A DNA stretch of 63,784 nt, the filler included, from Octopus bimaculoides (taxonomy: Eukaryota): NCBI RefSeq assembly GCF_001194135.2. It is 5 parts of 4 records of this genome, joined end to end, with 100 filler letters (N's around TTAATTAATTAA, not from the genome) between each part and the next. Parts side by side here need not be neighbours in the genome. Positions count along the whole stretch, not along the records: positions 1 to 28,755 come from NC_068981.1; positions 28,856 to 40,800 come from NC_068988.1; 3 more parts are not named here. One strand, given 5' to 3'. Below, piece by piece: positions 27,791 through 37,254 of the stretch. The number at the start of each line of letters is the position of its first letter. The stretch's first letter is position 1. The translations under genes and the position numbers were made by a program. Below the pieces are notes generated by a model. It had not been told where the DNA came from. It saw only the letters and a program-made list of their open reading frames with translations, and did no database searches.

Positions 27791-28394
27791 AAGATTGTGT
27801 ATATATATATATATATAAGAAAATGGAGAGGATACAAAAATGACATACATCAAGTGGTAGACATTCTGGTATGTCCATTTATTCCAAAGTATTAGAAGAA
27901 TACATACACATGTAACAATATTACAGAAAGGAGCAAAAGATCAGATTGTCAGAAGGTACTAAGTTCCTTACAGCCATATAAATATNNNNNNNNNNNNNNN
28001 NNNNNNNNNNNNNNNNNNNNNNNNNNNNNNNNNNNNNNNNNNNNNNNNNNNNNNNNNNNNNNNNNNNNNNNNNNNNNNNNNNNNNNNNNNNNNNNNNNNN
28101 NNNNNNNNNNNNNNNNNNNNNNNNNNNNNNNNNNNNNNNNNNNNNNNNNNNNNNNNNNNNNNNNNNNNNNNNNNNNNNNNNNNNNNNNNNNNNNNNNNNN
28201 NNNNNNNNNNNNNNNNNNNNNNNNNNNNNNNNNNNNNNNNNNNNNNNNNNNNNNNNNNNNNNNNNNNNNNNNNNNNNNNNNNNNNNNNNNNNNNNNNNNN
28301 NNNNNNNNNNNNNNNGTTTTACATATTAGGTTGGCTTCGAAACGTTCCCTTTTGTCGCGGGCGACTGTTGAGCGTTGTATTATGTTGCTTATAG

Positions 28395-28395
<1 letters not shown>

Positions 28396-28464
<69 letters not shown>

Positions 28465-28511
28465 CAGCAGCAGCAGCAGCAGCAAGAAGAAGAAGAAGAA
28501 GAAGAAGAAGA
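28396..28511. repeat. Compound (GTA)n(GCA)n(GAA)n microsatellite
   Basis: Direct reading. Confidence 0.95.
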
Positions 28512-28855
28512 ATTGAAATAATTGTAATTGGCACATTAAAGATGTGCTTAATTGTTTCTTTGTCTTATTTGGATTGCATTATATCATAGCTATATTGAAC
28601 AAATTGTCTTGGACGATGAGTAAGGCAGTTAGTGTCGTTCGCCAATCCACCCGGCTGCCTCTCTGGGCCTCCACACGAGGTACCAAGTGGTGTACAAGAG
28701 TGCAGCGAGCATGGTCGACGTTGAGCTTTCAAATAGATTCGTATAATTAAATTACNNNNNNNNNNNNNNNNNNNNNNNNNNNNNNNNNNNNNNNNNNNNT
28801 TAATTAATTAANNNNNNNNNNNNNNNNNNNNNNNNNNNNNNNNNNNNNNNNNNNN

Positions 28856-28895
<40 letters not shown>

Positions 28896-29037
28896 CAAAT
28901 GGAGGGAGATACAGAGAGAGATATGAAGAAAGCTAGATAGATATACATAAAGATATATAGACAGATTGACTATAGATACACGCACACAGACACACACACA
29001 TGTATATATATATTTATTTGAGTGTGTGTGTTTGTGA

Positions 29038-29848
29038 AGTCTGATCCGGATTGTTGTCATAGTAATGAAGCAAAAGCACACAGAGTAAAACCGGTTGTGA
29101 AATATTGACCTTGAACTCTGCTGTACATACACACTAAGTGTTAATGCTCTAGCCTACTTCTGCTGTTTACAGCAGTGCTTTGAAGGAACGTGTGTAGCGT
29201 GTGATCGTCGCATTGGCCATGACAGAGAAAGTTGCCGTGACGATACCTGCTCAGACGCATACGCAACGTTGCAGAAATTGTATGGAGAGGAGTGTATGAG
29301 ACGTACACAAGTGTACGAGTGGTTCAGACGTTTCCAAGATGGCTGAAAAATATCGATATTGACGATCGTTCTGGGAGACCCACATCCAGCAGAACTGAGA
29401 TGTACAGATTAGTTCAGTCCATTATCACTGAATATTTCGGTATGAGATGCGTTTCTGCCAACATTGTGCCAAAACTGCTTTCAGCTGGCCAAAAATAAAA
29501 AAAAAAAATACGGGTTTCAGTTGCACAAAATTTCCTTGATTGTGTCAAGAATGATGAAAACTTTAAAAATACTTTTCAAAGGTCTTTGAGCAGGTATCAC
29601 CAAGCTTTTGGCAAAATTTGATGTAGATTCTCTGCTCAATTTTCTCTCTCATGGTCAACACGACGACCACACGCAACACACGTTCCTTTCAAGCACTGTA
29701 ATAAGCAGCGGAAGTGAGCTAGAGCGTTAAAATGTAGTATACATGCGCAGCAGCATTCAAGGTCAAACTGTGTCCAGCATCTTCACTTGGCGTGCTTTAA
29801 CTTCGTTACTATGGCAACAGTCTGGATTCTTATTGATCAGACCACGTA
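29038..29848. mobile_element. Two convergent mariner 5' ends forming a foldback element
   Basis: Left copy (+): ATG at 29219 and an HTH-type N-terminus YGEECMRRTQVYEWFRRFQDG...DDRSGRPTS...MRCVSANIVPKLL. Right copy (-): TIR TACGTGGTCTGATCAATAAG ending at 29848 and ATG at 29652 (MREKIEQRIYIKFCQKLGDTCS). The inverted arms are about 200 bp. Confidence 0.85.
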
Positions 29849-30000
29849 TGTCCGTGTATAAGATGTCTGGTAATATATAGACATTCTTATCATCACTGAA
29901 TAGAAGAAAAGCAGAAAAAGAAGGAGGAAGAGGAGAAAAATAATAAGAAGAGGAGGAGATGGAGGAAGAAGAAACGAAGGAATGAAAGAAAGAAATCAGC

Positions 30001-30300
30001 TATTAGGGACTATAGAATAACCCAAAAAGCTATTAGGGACTATAGAATAACCCAAAAAGCTATTAGGGACTATAAAATAACCCCAAAAGCTATTAGGGAC
30101 TATAGAATAACCCAAAAAGCTATTTGGGACTATAGAATAACCCCAAAAGCTACTAGGGACTATAGAATAACCCAAAAAGCTATTAGGGACTATAGAATAA
30201 CCCAAAAAACTATTAGGGACTATAGAATAACCCAAAAAGCTATTAGGGACTATAGAATAACCCAAAAAGCTATTAGGGACTATAGAATAACCCAAAAAGC
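30001..30300. repeat. 30-bp minisatellite, 10 copies
   Basis: Unit tattagggactatagaataacccaaaaagc with only scattered substitutions; no spacers. Confidence 0.97.
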
Positions 30301-30447
30301 ATTTGTCAATAAAAAATGGCGTCTTCCAAAATTTCTGTTAACGAGACTAGTTATTGCTATTGAAGTTCTTCAAGTGTCGTTCAATTGTGTCCTAAAAATA
30401 AGGCCATTGCTTAGACTGGACAATAGTGCGTCCATGTGAATAGTTTT

Positions 30448-30654
30448 CTAAGCCCTCACTCCAACATACTGCATTTCGGGAATAAGAGAAGACTTACGAT
30501 CAATTGTAGCTAATTCCCAGGACGAACACAAAGATTGAGTGAGTGAGAGAATGATGGAATGAATCAGAGATCGGTACAAAACAGTTGTCATAGTGAAATT
30601 TTTCTCATAGTGAAATCTTCCAAAGATGGAAGCTTTTGGTTCATTATGTAACGT
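30448..30654 (-). CDS. Candidate terminal exon for the GRL locus (68 codons, phase 0)
   Basis: An AG at 30656-30655 is followed by an open frame TLHNEPKASIFGRFHYEKNFTMTTVLYRSLIHSIILSLTQ...* that loosely resembles the GRL L...P...S.FG.F...K.F..T region before TM7. It lacks the TY...QF motif and the usual post-TM6 helix, so the call is tentative. Confidence 0.25.
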   Translation of the reverse strand, partial: TLHNEPKASIFGRFHYEKNFTMTTVLYRSLIHSIILSLTQSLCSSWELATIDRKSSLIPEMQYVGVRA

Positions 30655-30857
30655 CTATCTTATTTCTACAAATGGGAAACAAAAGTGGCATTACGGCCAT
30701 CGTAGTGTAAGATATTAGGTAAAGAATAAACGATTACATATTCTATTCATACATTAACGAATGTCCAAATTCTGTATCTTTTATGATGTAATACATATAA
30801 TAAAGGTACTTATAAAAAGCAGACGAGAGAATGCTATAAAATAATTATATTACTTAC

Positions 30858-31811
30858 CGATTTATTTAAGCGAACTCCAATCCAAACAATTACGATCAAA
30901 TACATAAGGTTAAGGGATGTCACAATAGTAACACAGATGTATCTATAGTTTACGGTTTTTAATGAATCATTTATAATTCCGTAAGTTGTAATACAACATC
31001 CAGTAATACTACTAAGTACGATAATTCCCGAAGACAACTGAAATGATTCATTTACTAATTTCAATATTGTACTCAGAGTATCATGTGTGTTACATATTTC
31101 AGTAATTTCTTTATATTTCTTAAAGAAATACGAAGTGTCTGATTGCTTTTCTTCTACGTATCTCTGGGCCTTACTCGCTAGTTTATTAAACTCATAAAGC
31201 AGTGCCGTCCCAATTGTAATATTCATATACCAATCAAAAAACGAGAATGCAATTGATATGCCATTGAGTAAAGCCTGTACAATTATCATTGATATGCGAT
31301 AAGGATTGCTGATTATTACAGCAATTCGTAAGCCAGTTCGAAATTTTTTAGTGGAAAAAGGTAGAACGAGATTGATAAGAAGATGACAAAGAACAGGCAA
31401 TGATATTGTTATGTAACGTAGGATATAAGAAAACAGTAAGTTATAATTATAGAATGTTCTATCATCTTCTTCAATTTTAAGTTTGGTGAATGCTTCAATG
31501 ATTTCTTTGTCTTTAGATTTTCTGAAGAGTTTGATCAGACAGTAGAGTGTAACGAAACATTGGTTGAATATTCTGTACAAAAATACAACTATTTCATCAG
31601 TTGATTCGAGACCAAATTGTTTGCCATTGACAATGATTTGAATTGGGATGACAATCAAAATTACACAATACACGAGATAAAAACCATAAAAACAGATTGT
31701 TTTAAATTTGAGTGACCTTAGTGATGTTATATTCGTAAGTGATATCCCAACGATGTTAATTTTCTGATAATATTCCAGTATTTTATAAAAATGTGTTTCT
31801 TTTAGTTCCAT
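30858..31811 (-). CDS. Gustatory-receptor-like (GRL/7TMIC) protein, paralog 1, large first coding exon (318 aa, TM1-TM6)
   Basis: ATG at 31811 and an open frame with six hydrophobic segments. A long amphipathic loop between TM4 and TM5 ends in THDTLSTILKLVNESF, resembling the GR-family H..L...v..lN..F pattern. TM6 ends VWIGVRLNKS, followed directly by a GTAAGT donor (30857-30852, phase 0). It aligns along its full length with paralog 2. Family assignment is by motif and topology recognition; no search was run. Confidence 0.8.
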
Positions 31812-32150
31812 AGTTCTCTGTGATTGTGTATTCTTCGCAAATTACTTCTATATGAGCTAAAATCGCTGACATAAACCAGAGCAGGTTAACTTCTTGTAAT
31901 ATTTCAAGTTCATCAAATTTACTATTACACTATGATGCACTGCTCGTTTGTCACGAAAGTTCTGACAATAAGGATGAGACGGGATGAAGATGTTATATAC
32001 CGTCTTAGGCTTTGTTTGCAGGTATTATCTCAAATCTTTTATTATAGATTTTATGTGAATATTAACTAAAATATCGTTCAGTAAGCTCCTTAAAAAAGAT
32101 CAACCACTTATGTTCATAAGAACATGCGCATAGGAACATGAATATACTTA

Positions 32151-32190
<40 letters not shown>

Positions 32191-33369
32191 NNNNNNNNNN
32201 NNNNNNNNNNNNNNNNNNNNNNNNNNNNNNNNNNNNNNNNNNNNNNNNNNNNNNNNNNNNNNNNNNNNNNNNNNNNNNNNNNNNNNNNNNNNNNNNNNNN
32301 NNNNNNNNNNNNNNNNNNNNNNNNNNNNNNNNNNNNNNNNNNNNNNNNNNNNNNNNNNNNNNNNNNNNNNNNNNNNNNNNNNNNNNNNNNNNNNNNNNNN
32401 NNNNNNNNNNNNNNNNNNNNNNNNNNNNNNNNNNNNNNNNNNNNNNNNNNNNNNNNNNNNNNNNNNNNNNNNNNNNNNNNNNNNNNNNNNNNNNNNNNNN
32501 NNNNNNNNNNNNNNNNNNNNNNNNNNNNNNNNNNNNNNNNNNNNNNNNNNNNNNNNNNNNNNNNNNNNNNNNNNNNNNNNNNNNNNNNNNNNNNNNNNNN
32601 NNNNNNNNNNNNNNNNNNNNNNNNNNNNNNNNNNNNNNNNNNNNNNNNNNNNNNNNNNNNNNNNNNNNNNNNNNNNNNNNNNNNNNNNNNNNNNNNNNNN
32701 NNNNNNNNNNNNNNNNNNNNNNNNNNNNNNNNNNNNNNNNNNNNNNNNNNNNNNNNNNNNNNNNNNNNNNNNNNNNNNNNNTATATATACATATATATAT
32801 ATATGCATACACAAATCAATTTGGTGACAATATTTGATATAGTAAAAACTAATTGATATCTATACACCATCGATATTCCTCTTAGCGGATTTGCGAAAAT
32901 CGAGTGAGCAGCAAAATAGATCCTATATAAACATATGTATATATACGTTATGTAGAATATCGACGTATATTGTTATCAATAAGCTTGCATTATATCAAGC
33001 ATTGTTACCAAATTGTCTTTTGTAAATCGATTAAAGGGACTTACTAACTTTGCCGCATGAAGGAGCATTTCTTTTTGTTTCTAATGAATATATTAGTGTA
33101 AATGCTGATGTAAACGACGATGATAATAAGAGATAGTTTATTAGGTCGTAACCTAAAGCTGGATGCGCAGGGGTGTGTCCGAGTACGTGTCTATATATGC
33201 ATATAACCGTGTGATTGTTTATATATATTCGTTTTGCAAGATTCTTGATGTAAATTGGAGTGTTGAAACTGATAGTATTGTATTTGGGGATGGCCATGTT
33301 GCCAGTTTAGCCAATAAAAACATACACACTATATATTTGGTGTTCACTTGCTTCAGCTTTATTTTATAT

Positions 33370-34005
33370 TAATTGTATTTCGGCCAGAGTTCTTTCGTCA
33401 CACATCTGTGACCTCATCAGTGGTCCTTTGCTTTCTTCTTTCTTTTTTTGTGTTTCTTCCCTTACTAATGATCAGCCATTTTGTTTTCCTATTGTATGTG
33501 TCTTTATTTGCGCATGCGTATACCCATGTGTGTGTTTGTTTAGTGTGTGTGTGTAGGGGGAATGTGACTCTATTATCAGTATCCTCTGTTTATACACGTT
33601 CGTTTAATTTGTTTTTATTTATTTTGTTCATGTGTTTATACCTACTTATTATTTTTTAATTCTTTCTTTTTTTGTATTTAATTTAATTTAATTTGGTTAA
33701 CGTATATAGTTAATTAATTCCATTTGTTTACCTGTGTATTGTATTCTATTTTGTTCATATTGTTATCAGTTTATGGGGATCACATTCTGTCATAGGTTGT
33801 GGTGTGTTGGGGGGTGGTGCTAGTGTTCCATTCCAGTTTCCTATTCAGGTTAGNNNNNNNNNNTGGGAGGTGGTGCTAGTGTTCCATTCCAGTTTCCTAT
33901 TCAGGTTAGGTTTATCTTCTATTATGTGTGTAGCTTCTGTAATTTGTCTAAGCGTCGCGTCTGTTCTATGCGTGGACAAGATTTTAACTTCTATGTTGTT
34001 GAGTC
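33370..34005 (-). mobile_element. Penelope-like element 3' fragment (GIY-YIG endonuclease C-terminus, 3' UTR, hammerhead)
   Basis: Minus-strand translation LNNIEVKILSTHRTDATLRQITEATHIIEDKPNLNRKLEWNT resembles PLE GIY-YIG C-termini. It is followed by an AT-rich UTR and a hammerhead motif, and truncated upstream by a SINE. Confidence 0.65.
33382..33426 (-). ncRNA. Hammerhead ribozyme motif at the 3' end of a Penelope-like element
   Basis: Minus strand reads GGACCA-CTGATGA-G-GTCAC-agatgt-GTGAC-GAAA-G-aa-CT-C-TGGCC. Stem II is a perfect 5 bp, stem I has one bulge, and stem III is minimal. Confidence 0.6.
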
Positions 34006-34014
34006 AGTCCCCGT

Positions 34015-34120
34015 GTTCCTGCTCGGCGTGCTGGTACAGAACCGACGAACTCTTCTCTTCCTTAAGATACTTGCCCCCGCTACCACGCAGTGGGACTGAA
34101 CCCGGAACAAGGTTGCGACA
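34015..34120 (-). mobile_element. SINE family A head fragment
   Basis: ccacgcagtgggactgaacccggaac is the reverse complement of the family A B-box region. Confidence 0.6.
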
Positions 34121-34246
34121 GCATATCCATAGGAATAGTATTCTCACCCTTCGCCAAATCCATCTGCATTCTTGGGATTAACGAAAGTTGGTGTTGAAAC
34201 TTCACCACACATCTAATGACAAATTGTAGCAATCTCCCAGAAACTG

Positions 34247-34332
<86 letters not shown>

Positions 34333-35065
34333 TAAGTGAGCAAGGGAGAAAGAAAGAGAATGAGGAAAAAATAAGATTCGTCCAGCATTTAATGGAGATT
34401 TTATTTTTCCACCTAAAATATGATAAATGCTAAGTTAAATAGATAGATAGATAGGGAGAGGGAGATAGAAAGACAGATAGATAGATCGATATATATATAT
34501 ATATATATANNNNNNNNNNNNNNNNNNNNNNNNNNNNNNNNNNNNNNNNNNNNNNNNNNNNNNNNNNNNNNNNNNNNNNNNNNNNNNNNNNNNNNNNNNN
34601 NNNNNNNNNNNNNNNNNNNNNNNNNNNNNNNNATATGGAGAGAGAGAGATAGACAGGGAGAGGGAGAGAGAGAGAGAGATTGAGTGAGATTGCTCGATAG
34701 ATAGATAAACAGATAGAGGGAGAGTGAGTGAGAGATAAAAAAAGAGAGAGAGATAAATAGAGAGAGAAGTCAGACAGACAGACAGAGGGAGAGAAATAAA
34801 GAAATAAAGAAATAAAGAAAGTAAGAAAGACAGAAAGAGAGTGGGGAAGGAATAGGATTCGTTCAATGTTTAACGGGGATTTTATTTTTCCACCTGACAA
34901 AAAAAAAAGAAAAAGATAAATGCTAAGTTGAACACCGGAGCGATTTTGATATCATCATTGAGAAACGGAACAAAAATATGTCACCTTCTTTATAAGGAAA
35001 TAACTATTATAAACATACGGAAGTTATGAAATAATTGAATTATATAAACACATGAAATAACTTAC

Positions 35066-36055
35066 CGATTTGTTTAAACAAATTCCTCTCCAAACCATTA
35101 TGATCACAAAAGTCAGGAAACAACATACCAGAATTGAAACATAAATGTAACTATAGAATGTATTTTTAAACGAACCATTTATAATTCCGTACGTTGCTAT
35201 ACAGCATCCAAGAATACCCATGAGTACCATAAATCCTGATCCCAGCTTTGTTGATTCATTTACTAATTTCAGTATTCTACTCAGAGAATCATGTGTATTA
35301 CATATTTCTGTAATATCTTTATAGTTTTTAACGAAATACAAAGTATCTGATTGCTTTTCTTCGACATACTTCTGAGCTTCACTCGCTACTTTGTTAAACT
35401 CATAAATAAGTGTTGTTTCCATGACAAGGTCTATGTACCAATCAATTACTATGAAGGTTAATGATATACAATTGAATAAAGCCTGTAACGTTAAAACTGG
35501 CCAGTGGTACGGATTGTTGATTGGTACAGGATATGTTAAGAAATTGCGCAAACTGGCACTAAAAAACGGAAGAGCATGATCAATAATGAGGTAAATAATG
35601 ACCGATAAGATCACAGTTATGTATAGTGCTTTATAGGAGTATGTAAAGTGACTATTATAGAATTTTCTATCTTCTATACTTGTAAGTTGGTTGAATGCTT
35701 CAACTAATTGTTTGTCATTAGATTCACAGAAGATTTCAGTTAAACAACCGATAGAAAGGAAGCTTTGGAAAAAAATGATATAAATATATACAAATAATTC
35801 ATCAGGTGAGATACCTTCCAGTTGTGTTATACCGACAATGCAGCGAATGGGGTTTACGATCAAATATAAGCAAAACAATAAATAAAAGCCATAAAAACAA
35901 ATGGTTTTAAATTGCGGTGGTTTCAGTTGTGATATATTTATAATTGATTTTCTGATAATATTCATTTTCCGATAAAATTCCATCATTTTTATGAATTGCG
36001 TTTCATTTGATTTCCTATTTTCTCCAATTTCGTCACCTTCAAAAATAGACGGCAT
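35066..36055 (-). CDS. Gustatory-receptor-like (GRL/7TMIC) protein, paralog 2, large first coding exon (330 aa, TM1-TM6)
   Basis: ATG at 36055 (MPSIFEG...). Shares FKTICFYGFYL, YEFNK.AS.AQ.YVEEKQSDT, ITEICNTHD.LS.ILKLVNES, GCCI.TYGIIN and VW.G..LNKS with paralog 1. The same TCG|GTAAGT phase-0 donor occurs at 35065. Confidence 0.8.
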
Positions 36056-36869
36056 ATCGACCACAGATATCGGTGAAATAGAAGACGCGAGATTTTTCTT
36101 TTTCTTTTTTTTCCCCTTTTTTTGTCCTTTGTAAAGCTATTAAATCTTCTACGTGGTTTAGTGTGCTTGATTGTTATACTAGTTATATAATCCGTTATAC
36201 TAAACGACTTTCTAACTAATGTAGTAATTATGAACGCTTCGTATGTATTGGCCTAGTATTCTATACGTGTGTGTTTCATGGAAAGAATTGAGACATTCAT
36301 TTTCAGTTTTCAAAGAATCTCATAAATTTACACTGGTATATGGATGTTAAGCGGTTTGTATATGAGCGTAATATGTGATGTTTTATATCTGTAGAATATC
36401 TCCTTTACATATAAAAATGACATACATGTTTCGACACAAGTAAACTGGTTCTGCTCTAATGTGCAATGTAATTGTCAACTGAATCTGTAGCAGCCCGTGT
36501 TTTTATATAAGCTCAATCATGCTATCAGTATTAGTTTTCCTTTGAAGCCACATTGATTTCTTCTGAGTCAATTAGTTCGTCCCTATTGCGTAGGCTTCAG
36601 CTAGTTTCTCTTACATAAAGCCTTAATTCAAAATGTATCCTAGTGTCTTATATAAGCAAATAAATATATTATTGTTGTATCATACACATGTTTAACTTTC
36701 TCATCAACATATTCGCTTATATTGAAACGGCAAGAATAATCAATACGCAATCGTTAATTTAACAACGGGAATGCTCTCGTTCGTTACTTTAAATTGGACA
36801 GGAATATGAAACATGTATGGGTGTGGCTATGTGTGTGTGTGTGTGTTTACATCTGTATGCATATACGTA

Positions 36870-37060
36870 TCTTTTGTCTTTTAGTTGTTTCATTCTGTAG
36901 CCTATGGCCATGCTGGGGCACCGCCTTGAATTTGTAGTCGAATGAATCAATCTCAGTTCTTATTTTGTAAGCCTGGTACTTATTCTATCGGTCTTTTTGC
37001 CGAACTGTTAAGTTACGTGGATGCAAACACACGAACACCAGTTGTTACGTGGTAATGGGA
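36870..37060 (-). mobile_element. SINE family A tail (copy 1 of local duplication)
   Basis: ggccatgctggggcaccgccttgaa...ggtacttattctatcggtctttttgccgaac. Confidence 0.8.
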
Positions 37061-37211
37061 AAAACAAACACAGACACAAACACACACACACACACACACA
37101 NNNNNNNNNNNNNNNNNNNNNNNNNNNNNNNNNNNNNNNNNNNNNNNNNNNNNNNNNNNNNNNNNNNNNNNNNNNNNNNNNNNNNNNNNNNNNNNNNNNN
37201 NNNNNNNNNNN

Positions 37212-37254
<43 letters not shown>

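Noticed and set aside
28756-28855. TTAATTAATTAA islands within N runs (also 40845-40856, 49254-49265, 62377-62388)
   Set aside because: Each is exactly 44 N + 12 nt + 44 N = 100 nt: an artificial six-frame-stop scaffolding spacer, not biology. Distances across these joins are unknown.
30001-30300. 30-bp repeat array as a CRISPR
   Set aside because: Units are contiguous with no unique spacers, there are no cas genes, and the context is eukaryotic.
31518-31570. CTGAAGA...GAAAC...GTT on the plus strand
   Set aside because: Antisense to GRL coding sequence with only 3-bp stems; consistent with chance.
33031-33190. Possible TM7 exon for GRL paralog 2 (PALGYDLINYLLLSSSFTSAFTL...)
   Set aside because: G...I...T spacing is suggestive, but no phase-0 acceptor gives this frame, there is no polypyrimidine tract, no TY/QF motif and no homology to sequence downstream of paralog 1.
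33812-33908. 41-bp direct repeat either side of a 10-N gap
   Set aside because: Most likely overlapping contig ends that were not merged.
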